A stretch of DNA of 64,000 nucleotides from Sedimentisphaerales bacterium (GTDB lineage: Bacteria; Planctomycetota; Phycisphaerae; Sedimentisphaerales; Anaerobacaceae). Position numbers and translations under genes: made by a program. This document shows, one piece after another, positions 9,503 to 19,481 of the stretch (position 1 is the stretch's first letter; every line of letters starts with the position of its first letter). The notes under the pieces are model-generated. The model worked only from the letters and a program-made list of their open reading frames with translations. It did no database searches and was not told the DNA's origin. The stretch spans positions 6,208,001 through 6,272,000 of the forward strand of contig OY970194.1 in assembly GCA_963708075.1 (NCBI GenBank), in the 5' to 3' direction.

Positions 9503-10386
9503 CAGAATCATCTGGAAAGGATTTTCAGTTGTTGCCGGTTTGCAGCTTTCTGCTAACGGCTGGGAACCAACCGCCGGCAAGCGGGCTGAAGGCAGCAAAA
9601 TTGGCTTTGTTTGGCAGTACCCTTCACGGCCGCTCGCGATGACCGTGTGCCCGACGCCCTGCGGCAGCAAAATTGGCTTTGTTTCGCATCATCAGATCCC
9701 TGGCCTTCGGCCACCGCCGGCCTTTGGCTTTGTTTTCCAAGACGGGTCCCCCAGCCGCGTCGTATCCGTCCGCGAAATTGGCTTTGTTTTTACGACGGTC
9801 CCCGTTCGTAGTGACGCCGTAAGGCGTTCCGGCAACTGACAACTGATCATCAACCGCCGATGAACGCTGAGGATGGGCCGGCACATAGCCACGGCGACTC
9901 GTAGGGGCGGGTTTCAAACCCGCCCATGCGCCTTCAGATTCTGAGTGCCCACCGCTCTTGTTTCTCACCACCGAGAACACGGAGACCATGGAGAGCAAGG
10001 CACTGAAGGAAAGAGGCAAGGAGAAGGAGCAAAGGCACAAGGGGACAAAGACACAGAGACCGCCGGTAAGAGCCGCTCTTCAATCCGCAATCCACAAGGC
10101 CCCGCCTGCCCCTTGATGCCTGCCTTCTTCATCCGCAGATTTCAAACCGCGAACCGTGAACTGTGAACTGACAACTGATCATCAACCGCCGATGAATGCG
10201 GATTAACCCAGCCCGGCCTTCGGCCGGAACCAATACTATCTCGCGCAGAGACGCGGAGACGCAGAGAAGAACGCAAAACGTACTCTTCTTACCCCAGCGT
10301 CCCTGCGTCTCCGCGCGAGATATAATTCCTTTTGTTCCAACGACTTGTAGTGTCGCTCCAGAATCATCTGGAAATGTTTTTCAGTT
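9503..10386. repeat. Mosaic of intergenic repeats
   Basis: 4x TTGGCTTTGTTT; 31-bp direct repeat 9834-9864/10166-10196; 28-bp direct repeat 9503-9530/10359-10386; REP GTAGGGGCGGGTTTCAAACCCGCCC at 9901. Confidence 0.75.
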
Positions 10387-10691
10387 CGTGCGAGTTAGCA
10401 ACGCAGATGTCGACCTGCGACAGCGTTTCCGTCATTGGGACTTGGTATTTGATATTTGTCTCGGATTTGGCGCTTCGTACTTCCGATTTTCGGTCTTGAT
10501 GGAGCTTCTTAAATCTCAGTCTTTCAGATTTCTACTCGGCTGATTTCTCCCAGCCACAAACTATTATACCCCTGGCTGTCGTGTCAACAATCGGAAAAAC
10601 AGAAGTGAAGGCGCGCATCTGACGGGCCACATCCCTCCCGCACCTGCTGAAGCTTAGAGCAAGGGTCAACCCGATCCCTCGCCCACGGCGA

Positions 10692-11378
10692 TCAGCTGTT
10701 CGGAGTCCTGCGTAAATCTGCCCAGAGATGATAAATGAGAAGGGGAGAGACTGGAAAAGACCTCTCGCATTTGTGCTCTAATCTACTGATACTGGCGAAC
10801 CGCCATCCCTCTCGGCTTAAGCCTAATGGGCTCACACCGTGCTTGCTCGCGGCATCATTCACTTCGCGCAGGATGTCATCGGCAGCCATATCCTGCCAGT
10901 AGCCAACCATCGCCGCCGACGCACAGCCCTTGGCATAGCCTGATTCCAATGCGATAAAACGCCAGATTCCCTCTTCTACATACTTGGTGTTGAGCACGCG
11001 GTCTGACCGAGGCGGGGAGCCGAGACGCTTGCATTCTACAACGAACTGTCTGCTACAGCGCCGGAGATCAGGCTCAAAACGATCCAGGTAGCTCCACTGG
11101 AAGTCAGGCCGCTTGTTCTCGCGTTTCGCACGCGTCTCATCATCGGGATCAGGCTGGTTGTTGCAGTCCAAGGCTGGCGAGATTTCATCACGAGGGTAGA
11201 GTTCACGTGTCGCTTGTACGAGGCAGAAATATAACCGTCGATTCAGGTCTACCTCAGCGGTAGGCAGATCAGTCTCCATTTGGAGTATTTCAAGAGCGCG
11301 ACTCAAGATGGCAAGGAACTTTGCTACGCGCTTGTTCCATGTGTTGAGGGAACGCAGACTCGGGCCTTTACCGTTCAT
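10692..11378 (-). CDS. Putative PD-(D/E)XK nuclease
   Basis: KRPDFQW...FVVECKRL motif and YVEEGIWRF; ATGA overlap with the upstream methyltransferase. Confidence 0.7.
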   Translation of the reverse strand: MNGKGPSLRSLNTWNKRVAKFLAILSRALEILQMETDLPTAEVDLNRRLYFCLVQATRELYPRDEISPALDCNNQPDPDDETRAKRENKRPDFQWSYLDRFEPDLRRCSRQFVVECKRLGSPPRSDRVLNTKYVEEGIWRFIALESGYAKGCASAAMVGYWQDMAADDILREVNDAASKHGVSPLGLSREGWRFASISRLEHKCERSFPVSPLLIYHLWADLRRTPNS

Positions 11379-14300
11379 TTGACTTTTCCAGCCAGAGACT
11401 CTTCTTCATGAGCAAGCTGAACGAGCGCGGCCTCAGCATCCTCTCGTGCAGCCGTCCGCGTCCAGAAACGGGCCTCATTTCGCTTAATGAAAAGCATTTC
11501 GCGCTCTCCAATCACACGGAAGAACGTATCGACAAAAATGGCGGACTTGCCAACCGGCACGCGCGTGTCCTTTTCCAATCTGTTCAACAGATCCCCCCAC
11601 GCTTGCACATCGCTGTTTGAAGGTTCGGTCGCTGGTTCTCTCTTGAACCGAGTAGTGAAACTAACAGCCAGCAAGGGTGCCCCCGATGGTGGCGAGAGAA
11701 CGCGCCAGGCCAATTCGCCATCTGGACATAGTTCTGAGTTCCAGAGCCGGAGAAATGTTTGCAGGTATGTACCCAAACCTGAATCAACTCTGGCGACATC
11801 AGCGTACGTGCCCCATGAGCGTGGAAATCGCGTGATGGGCGTGGCAGCAGCGCTTTCGCGATTTCGGTAGAGGAGGTCCAGACCAAGCGAGCACATTTCC
11901 CGAATGAGGTCGCGTTGTGAGTCGTCCAAATCATAGAGGTCAAAGATGGCCTCATCGAGTTGATGCTCCAGTTTACCTATGCGCTGCTGCGTCCCACTTT
12001 CAAAGAGTTCACCTGCTCCTGGGGTCACTGCCAGATACTGAAGTTCTTCAACCACATCCACGATGCGCTCTTGAAGCTTACGTGATGTCGGCAGGACTAT
12101 AGGTAACTCTCCAGCAGTTTCAAGCTGCACTTCGTCGTGCCACATTCCCCAGGAACCTAGTGTCATGAAGAAATAGTATTGTGACAGGGATGACCAATAA
12201 ATGCCGAGAATCACCTTCTCCTGCCACCTTTGAAAACCTTCAAGCCTAAACCCGAGGACAGAATGTCGGAAGCAGTAGGGGCGAGTCTCATGGCGGATGG
12301 TCAGTTTTCCACCCTTCGGCACGCCACGACGTAATAACAGGCGGGAACCCTCAAAGACCTCACGCTGACCCGTCCGTTCCACATGTGTCGGCACATCAAT
12401 CAGCCCTTCGAGAGATTGTGGCCCATACCTTTGAAGCGACTCGACCGGCAGTTCCTTAAAATCGGCCAACCAGCCACACGGGAATGCCCTGGTTCCCTCC
12501 AGAAAGCCACGTCCCAGCGTAACACCGGCCGTCGGCAGTCCGCTGGGTAGTTGGAGGAGCGACGGGTGCCTATCGAGTGATCTTATTAACGCTTCATCCC
12601 GGTGCCCACCCCACCAATAGATCTTCCACAACTTGTCGCACGAGCGACAGTCACGCTGCAATAACCAATGCATATCGCCTTTGTTCAAGATCACCGCTTG
12701 CGTACTGTCGACCATGGCAACGCGCTTTGCAGACCAGTATTCGAACCGGTTGTCTGGGTCGCTATATAGAGGAGCTTTCTGAAAGACGACAGAGATGAAT
12801 GGCGCAATACCTGTCACCTCACGTGCGGGACCCGTGAAATACGCGTGGCGGACGTGGGCGAAATTCACTACCTGCCTGAGAAGAGAGTTCGCGAGCCAAA
12901 CGCAACGGAACTGGCGGCTCTTCTCGTGATGTTTGAATAGCACACCCGACGATACAAGCAACCCTGCTCTTCCACCATCCCGCAACAGGCCAAGAGACAA
13001 ATGGATGAACGCTTGTGATAATTCTTGGTCCCCGATGGGTTTCCCCTGCTTGGGATCACACCACCGCAGGGTGACCCTTAGAGCCCGATGACCCTCTTTG
13101 TCATCTGCTTTTGGGTAGCCCCACGGCGGATTTCCTACGACAATATCTGCACAAGCGTCTCCAAACCGCTGGGCAACTTCTGTTGGACATTTGCCGGAGA
13201 TAGGCTTGAAGGCGTTATCTCGCAGGAGTATGTTATAAAACTCAGTGTTGGGGCGTCTTTTGAGTTCCTTTTTCCGTTCCTGTGCAGGTACCCACTTCAA
13301 ATGGGGTAGACGTCGCTCTTCGTTGATTTCGCGTGGTTTTTGGTAGTGGAGAAATGCTAGATACAGACTGAAAGCAGCTACACGCACAGCCTCTTTATTG
13401 ATGTCGATGCCCGCAATTTGCTGACGCAGAATCTTGCGCAATTGCGTGCGCGTGAGGCGTTTGCCGCCCTGCTCAGCTACCTTGTGTCGAACCATTCGGC
13501 GGAATGACTCGACAAGGAATATTCCTGAGCCGCACGATGGGTCCATCACACGTGGTTCCTGAGCGAGCACGTCGGGCGTGAGTGTTTGCGAAAGCACGAA
13601 CTCCACAAGAGGCGGCGGAGTGTAATGCGACGCCTGGGTCTGCTTTTTGCCCTTGCGCTCTCCATAGAACTCCTCATAGATGCTGCTGATCAGTTCGATG
13701 GGGATGATATCGAATCGGTATGCGAAGAAGAAGAGTAACTGCTGATTCGAAGGGTCGCCGAGCAGAAAGCCAAGGAGTCTCTGCAGATGGCCTCCGTGCA
13801 CGCGGGCACGCTCCTTCCCGTCAACCGGGAAGGTGTCACCATTGAAGTCCTCCGCCAGTTGATCGAATAATGCGTAGGTGAACTCCTTGTCACGCAAGAC
13901 GCGCAAAAACGAGAGCTTCTCCATTTCCGGTTCTATACAAGGCCGTGGAAGAGGCTCGTCGAGAAGCTTCACCCAGCTGCGCCGCGCGAGGCTACACCTT
14001 CAAAGTAGTCGCGTGTCAGTATCTCCCGGTCCTCCAGGTAGCGAATGAAGATGGTCCGTCCGATAAGCGAGTGAAGGTGCTGAAGAGAGGGCTTCTTTTG
14101 GCTCGGAGCAGACTCGATCTCCATGAGCGAATGACGTACAGCCTTCAGATCACGAATCAGCGCACGGTCGGCGCGACACAGGCTTTCGCCGAAATGCTTC
14201 TCGCCAAATAAGAGACCCGTCTCGATCTTTTCGCGGTGATAGCTGGCAAGTCGAGTCTGTACCTCCGCCACAGTCCTAGCCGTGTCGAGCAGCCTGTCAC

Positions 14301-14676
14301 CGCTTGTTGACCATTCGTTCGGTCTGACAGGTGGTTGAGCGAGATCGTACACCCCCAACTCGCCCGGACATGCCAGGAACAGCAACTGAGGACGCGCCAT
14401 ACACCAAATCTGGTTGTATAGACGGCGCAAAGTCTCGCTGTCTGAGCTTGTGACTCTCGCGAAGACAACAACTGGGTACTGTCCCACAAAGAAGACCTTC
14501 TCTGCACCGACTTCTTTGGCAAGCGAGAGCCAGTCGCCCTTTTCGATCCAGGTGTCAAGCGCACTGGTGTCGGGTCTCTCAGAGGCAGACAGCAGCGCAC
14601 CTTCAGCAAAGCCCAGCTCGTCGTAGGCGGCGTTAAGCAATGCTTCTGGATTTGCCTGTGCCATCTGATACACCAT
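11375..14676 (-). CDS. Large N6-adenine DNA methyltransferase (Eco57I/type IIG-like M-TRD), split by a frameshift near 13985 (ORFs 13969..14676 and 11375..13972)
   Basis: LIGRTIFIRYLEDR, FNGDTF, IPIELISSIYEEF, HYTPPPLV, motif I VMDPSCGSGIFL, motif IV IVVGNPPW, TaqI_C-like C-terminus. Confidence 0.88.
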
Positions 14677-14988
14677 CCTCTATTGAAAACGCCAACACCA
14701 TTCTATGGTCAATTGATTGTACAGTCAACCAGATTTATGCGAAACTATTCTGAACCATCCTGATGAGCCTGTCAACACCCACATTGGCACTCCTGGAGGA
14801 GCGAGCGGGTGTCAGGCACTCTTCTGGCGAGGGTGGGATTTGTCAAGTGTGGGCTTATGGGAAGACAGGGGCAACCATCTATCCCCACACTCTCTTATCC
14901 CATTTATCCGTCGGCCTTCGCACCTTCATGGCCAGAGAAGACATTTCGGCCTCACCACATCGCTCCGGCCCACGGCGGGCCACTCGAA

Positions 14989-15955
14989 ATGCGGAATTCG
15001 GAATGCGGAGTGCGGAATGACAAGCAGGGATCTGGGGTCAGGGGTCAGGGAATCAGGTGGGTTCTTACCTTCCTGCGTTCTTACCCTCTTACTTTCCATG
15101 CTTTATTCTCCGTGGTCTCCGTGACCTTCGTGGTGAAGAACAAGAATCGGTGGGCAGAGCCCACCCTACCGGCTCACGCCGCGTCCATGTCTCGGTCCTT
15201 CATCAGCGTTCATCGGCGGTTGCATGCCCTCTGCGTTCCTCTGCAATCTCTGCGGTTAGAAAAGAGCACTGTCATTTTTCGCACGTTCGTCAGGGGTGTG
15301 TCTCTGGGGACTATTATGCCGGATACGGGCGGAGCCCGCAAGCGAAAAGCAGGAAGGGATAGGTGACAAGTGACAAGCCGGAGGCACGGCGGGGCCGTGC
15401 GATTGCGGATTTCGGATTGCGGATTGCGGATTGAAGAGCAGGGAGCAGGCATCAGGCAGCAGGGGGGGGGCGGGGCGCTCGGAACGCGGAATGAAGGCTA
15501 TGCATGGCCATTCCCTGCATGGGTGTCAGGCACCCACCGGGTCGCATGACATCCACCGGGTGGTATTCCCACCTGCCGCCGTCCCCGACACGCGCTAGGT
15601 TGTACCGCAACCTAGCGCAGGTGTCACAGGGGTCTGCCGCGTGGTGCCTCATGTTCTTTCCTTCTTACCCCCTCCCGCTCCGCCTTGTCCCCTCTGCGCC
15701 TCAGCGTCTCCGCGTGAGACAATCAGAAGGAATCGGTGTGCGGTACACACCCTACAAAATCTGCGAGAATCTGCGTAATCTGCGGAAGATGATCCGTTGT
15801 CAGTTCCCAGTTGAAAATCCGTGTGAATCCGCGGAATCCGTGTCGAATGAACCTCCGTGGTCTCCGTGTCCTCCGTGGTGAAGAACAGGAATCGGTGGGC
15901 ATAGCCCACCCTACCGGCTCCCGCCGTTGCCATGTCCCGGCCCTTCATCGGCGTT
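14989..15955. repeat. Repeat-rich intergenic region
   Basis: 103-bp imperfect direct repeat 15108-15210/15853-15955, GCGGA(A/G)T and GCGGATT heptamer runs, CCCACCCTAC REPs. Confidence 0.75.
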
Positions 15956-16622
15956 GTTCGTCTTGCGCGGACAGGAGCTCATCGAGCAGGGGTCTCAGCT
16001 TGCGCAGGGCGTTGCCGCGATGGGAAATGGCATTCTTCTCGTCCTCGCCGAGCTGGGCGACGGTCTTGCCGAGATGAGGGACGTAGAAGATCGGGTCGTA
16101 TCCAAAGCCGCCCGTGCCGGCGGGCTTGTCGATGATGACGCCCTCGAGCGTCCCCTGTGTTTCGAGGAGGACTTGTGTCGGATTTGCCAGGCACAGGCAG
16201 CAGACGAACCGGGCCGTGCGCTTGTCGGCGGGCACCCCTTGCAGCAGGGAAAGGACCTTGTCCATATTCCGCCGGTCGAGGAGCTTTCGGTCGGCGCCCT
16301 TGGACCTTTCCCCGGAGAACCGTGCGGAATTGACGCCGGGCGCGCCGCCCAGGGCATCCACTACGAGGCCCGAGTCATCGGCCAGTGTCCAAAGGCCGGT
16401 TGCTTGGGCGTATCCCGTCGCCTTCTTGCGGGCGTTCGCGGCGAATGTGGCGCCGTCCTCCTTCACCTCCCCGACCCCCGGGAAGTCCGCCAGGCTCTTC
16501 CACTGAACATCGCCGCCCAGCATCGCTCGCAACTCCCGCACCTTCCCCGGATTCGTCGTCGCCACAAGGATCGTGTGTGCCGAGTCGGTTCGTGATGTCA
16601 CCAGGCAAGCCCTTTCAGTCAT
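15945..16622 (-). CDS. rdgB: Non-canonical purine NTP (XTP/dITP) pyrophosphatase, Ham1 family
   Basis: ATTNPGKVRE, LADDSGLVVDALGGAPGVNSARF, GFGYDPIF, KNAISHRG. Confidence 0.95.
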   Translation of the reverse strand: MTERACLVTSRTDSAHTILVATTNPGKVRELRAMLGGDVQWKSLADFPGVGEVKEDGATFAANARKKATGYAQATGLWTLADDSGLVVDALGGAPGVNSARFSGERSKGADRKLLDRRNMDKVLSLLQGVPADKRTARFVCCLCLANPTQVLLETQGTLEGVIIDKPAGTGGFGYDPIFYVPHLGKTVAQLGEDEKNAISHRGNALRKLRPLLDELLSAQDEQRR

Positions 16623-17604
16623 GTTCCTGTGTGACCACAGGATCTCTCTCTGCGCAAATCCGCGATCCGAATTGCAGCGCCCGCGGGTCGATCTTCTTAT
16701 CGAACTGGACGGGATCGCGAAACACGTAGGGCAATTGACTCACGCGCTGCCGGAAGTCGATGTCGGACTTGTCCCGTGTCACGAATTCGAAGCTCGCATC
16801 CGGAAACAAAAGCTCCTTGTCTGCCCCCAGTTTCCTGCGAATGATCCCGATGAACTCGGGGTTGACTTCATAACCGACGGAATTCCTGCCGAGGTTTCGT
16901 GCGGCAAGGCACGTTGTCCCGCTCCCCAGAAACGGATCGAGAACCGTATCGCCCACGAAGCTGAACATTCGGATCAGGCGGCGGGGGATCTCCTGCGGGA
17001 ACATGGCCAGGTGATCGTCCTGCTTTTCACCGGGGATGTTCCAGTGGCCGGCGAAGAAGGTGTTCCATTCCTCGGTCGTCAGCCGCGATTGCTCTTTGAT
17101 CTCCTTGCCGACCTTCGGTGCGGCACCGTACTTCTTGAAGATCAGGATGAACTCGTAATCGAGCTTGAGGATGCCGTTGCGGGGGTAGGGGAACGAGCCC
17201 ATGATCGTGGCGCCGCCGGTCGTGTTGCAGGTGGTGACTTTCTGCCAGATGACCGCGCCCATGTAGTCGAAGCCGATAGTCTCGCAGAACTTGATGATCT
17301 CGGTGCGTATGGGGATGACCTTATATCGCCCGTAGTACACGGAGCGAGCGAACTGGTCGCCGATGTTCACGCACAGCCGGCAGCCCTTGGCCAGGACCCT
17401 GTGGCACTCGGACCAGACGATGTTCAGATTGTTGATGTAGGTCTCGTAGCTGTCGTCGAAGCCGATCTGCTGCGCATTCCCGTAGTCCTTGAGTTGCCAA
17501 TAGGGCGGGGACGTGACGACGAGGTGCACGGATTCATCCGGCACCTCGGCCATATGCCGTGAATCACCTGTGATAATCTTGTGACGCGTCTGCACTGTAT
17601 ACAC
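16615..17604 (-). CDS. Site-specific DNA methyltransferase, beta class (N4-C/N6-A)
   Basis: LVVTSPPYW precedes HLAMFP and VLDPFLGSGTT. Confidence 0.92.
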   Translation of the reverse strand: MYTVQTRHKIITGDSRHMAEVPDESVHLVVTSPPYWQLKDYGNAQQIGFDDSYETYINNLNIVWSECHRVLAKGCRLCVNIGDQFARSVYYGRYKVIPIRTEIIKFCETIGFDYMGAVIWQKVTTCNTTGGATIMGSFPYPRNGILKLDYEFILIFKKYGAAPKVGKEIKEQSRLTTEEWNTFFAGHWNIPGEKQDDHLAMFPQEIPRRLIRMFSFVGDTVLDPFLGSGTTCLAARNLGRNSVGYEVNPEFIGIIRRKLGADKELLFPDASFEFVTRDKSDIDFRQRVSQLPYVFRDPVQFDKKIDPRALQFGSRICAERDPVVTQEHD

Positions 17605-17676
17605 CCTCGGACATCGTATTCAAGCAGCCTGGCACTGCGGCCACCCTGGAACGGTGCTTAGAGAATACCGGGTGAT

Positions 17677-17770
17677 GGGTGGCTGCGGCAAGCGCCGGCT
17701 TGCCGATGACTCGTATCTGCGCCTGAACGCCATCGGCAAGCTCCGAAGACTCCGCTTGCCGCTGCCACCC
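17677..17770. repeat. Nested-hairpin family A, copy 2
   Basis: Same arms as 4741-4834, opposite orientation. Confidence 0.9.
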
Positions 17771-17814
17771 GGCATCTACCTGACTGCCGTCCTCGGAATA
17801 CAGGGTTCGCGCGC

Positions 17815-19164
17815 TCATCGTTTTCGCAGCAGGGTCAGGGCGGCCTGGAGGACGGGGTCAGTGGTTTCCAGTGCCGCTGGTGTCACGGCGATGGGGATGT
17901 CCGGCGTGATGCCTTGGCCTTCCAGACAGGTGCCGTCGGGACGCAGGTTCTTCCACGAGGGCAGGTACACGGTGACTCCGTTGCCGAGGTCCGTGGGCTT
18001 GGGATTACCGGAACTGCCGTAGGAGGTCGAGCCGATCAGCTTGCAGCCGGGGACCTGCTTCATCATCAGCAGGAACGACTCGCAACTGCTCATATTCGCC
18101 TGACCCATCAGCACGGCGACTTTGCCCCGATACTTCGGCCGGGACTTGTTCGGCTCCAGGATGCGGTCGTGCGGCTCATCGAATCCGCCGGCCGCACCGG
18201 CGGAGCGGTACACGTGCTTGCTGTACACGACGGGCTTGTCGACGAAACAGCCGGCGAACTGCTGCGCCAGTGGCTCGGCGCCGCCGCCGTTGGGTCGAAC
18301 GTCTACGATGAGGCCCGGCGCATCCGGGCGCTCCCCGATCACGGTATAAGCTTGTTCGAGAGCTTCGGTGCGGTCCACGGACCAGCTATCGATGAGGATG
18401 TAGCCGATACCATCTTCAAATCGGCCGGTGTAAACGCCGTTGCTGAGCTTGCGGAATCCGGGCACGACCTTCCCCAGCACGGCGAGGTTGTAGTTCCGCG
18501 TGATGTCCCGCTTGTACGGATGGATTTGCCTGCCGCCGACCTCAAGCCAGATATGCATGTCCTTCGCTTGACCCAGTAATTTCGCCGCCGCCTGTGCGAA
18601 CAGGGCGGGGCTCTTGGCGTTCTCCATCTCCGGGCCGTACTTGCTGAACAGGGCAGGCCAGTCGAGCTTGCGGAGGTCGCGATAGGAGTACTGCTCGTCG
18701 ATGGCCTCGCGCAGATTCTTGACAGCCTCGGCATTACTCACGGCGCTTTGGGCCGCTGACTTGACGGCGCCTTCCCCCGCGGCGGTTGTGAATGTTATCG
18801 GATAGGGCGTCGCCGGCTCGCCCGCGGCGCTGCGGCAATTGGTGGCGGCGGGGCAGTTGATGCTCAACCGGTACTCGTGGTCTGGTTCGAGTATGACGCG
18901 GGCGGTCAGGGTGCGCTTATCCGCCCATCGCGGCCGGCCGATGATCTTCGGGTATTGCGGCCCGCCCCCGCAGATCGAGTATCCTCCCGACGCCATGTCC
19001 TGATCGAAGACAAACCGCATCTCCTTCAGGCCCGGGTCCACGTTCGGGTCGCCGTTTTTCGGCACAGTCTCGATCACCTTCGGAGACGCCGCCGGCAGAC
19101 TCGCGGCCGGCAATGTCACAAGAGCTGTCCACACCATGATGATGGTTCGCTTCGAGATTCCCAT
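17815..19164 (-). CDS. Exported S41-family peptidase with an N-terminal Ig-like (Big_5/SbsA-like) domain
   Basis: Signal peptide; PKVIETVPKNG...FVFDQDM; IVDVRPNGGG, NMSSCESF, SYGSSG, EGQGITPD. Confidence 0.88.
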   Translation of the reverse strand: MGISKRTIIMVWTALVTLPAASLPAASPKVIETVPKNGDPNVDPGLKEMRFVFDQDMASGGYSICGGGPQYPKIIGRPRWADKRTLTARVILEPDHEYRLSINCPAATNCRSAAGEPATPYPITFTTAAGEGAVKSAAQSAVSNAEAVKNLREAIDEQYSYRDLRKLDWPALFSKYGPEMENAKSPALFAQAAAKLLGQAKDMHIWLEVGGRQIHPYKRDITRNYNLAVLGKVVPGFRKLSNGVYTGRFEDGIGYILIDSWSVDRTEALEQAYTVIGERPDAPGLIVDVRPNGGGAEPLAQQFAGCFVDKPVVYSKHVYRSAGAAGGFDEPHDRILEPNKSRPKYRGKVAVLMGQANMSSCESFLLMMKQVPGCKLIGSTSYGSSGNPKPTDLGNGVTVYLPSWKNLRPDGTCLEGQGITPDIPIAVTPAALETTDPVLQAALTLLRKR

Positions 19165-19281
19165 GTCGTCACCTCGCTTTTTTAACCTTGTTGACGTGAG
19201 AGAACACCGCTGCCACCATTATGCGCGCGAGGCGTGCCAGGATCAAGTCCCGTGCTTGGTGCAAGCTCTGGGCACTGTGCC

Positions 19282-19374
19282 GGGTGGCAGCGGCAAGCGC
19301 CAGCTTGCCGATGGCTCCTCAGACGCATAGCACCATCGGCAAGCTCCGCTGCTCTCCGCTTGCCGCTGCCACCC
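19282..19374. repeat. Nested-hairpin family A, copy 3
   Basis: Same arms with a variant bulge. Confidence 0.9.
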
Positions 19375-19436
19375 AGACCCCTCATGCCACGGCTGTCAAA
19401 ATCTTGTCGTGCACGCATGTGTCGGGCGCAAGAGAA

Positions 19437-19460
19437 AGGCCGGGCTGGACGGCCCGGCCT
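19437..19460 (-). terminator. Putative intrinsic terminator
   Basis: AGGCCGGGC/GCCCGGCCT stem followed by a T-rich run on the minus strand, just after the 19482 stop. Confidence 0.55.
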
Positions 19461-19481
19461 GGATGGGATGCGGGAGTGGGC

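Noticed and set aside
9601..9790. CRISPR array
   Set aside because: The core is only 12 nt, periods are irregular (72/51/54) and no cas genes are present.
11375..14676. Two-subunit methyltransferase (235 aa plus 865 aa)
   Set aside because: The break falls mid-domain between YLEDR and FNGD; a single indel restores continuity. A real GTGA-coupled split cannot be fully excluded without reads.
14717..15940. Short ORFs in repeat-rich intergenic DNA (also 4519-5119, 9945-10543, 56328-56871, 62601-63382)
   Set aside because: They are translations of repeats (e.g. GGSGKRSL, WQRQA, SAFRAP) with no recognisable domains.
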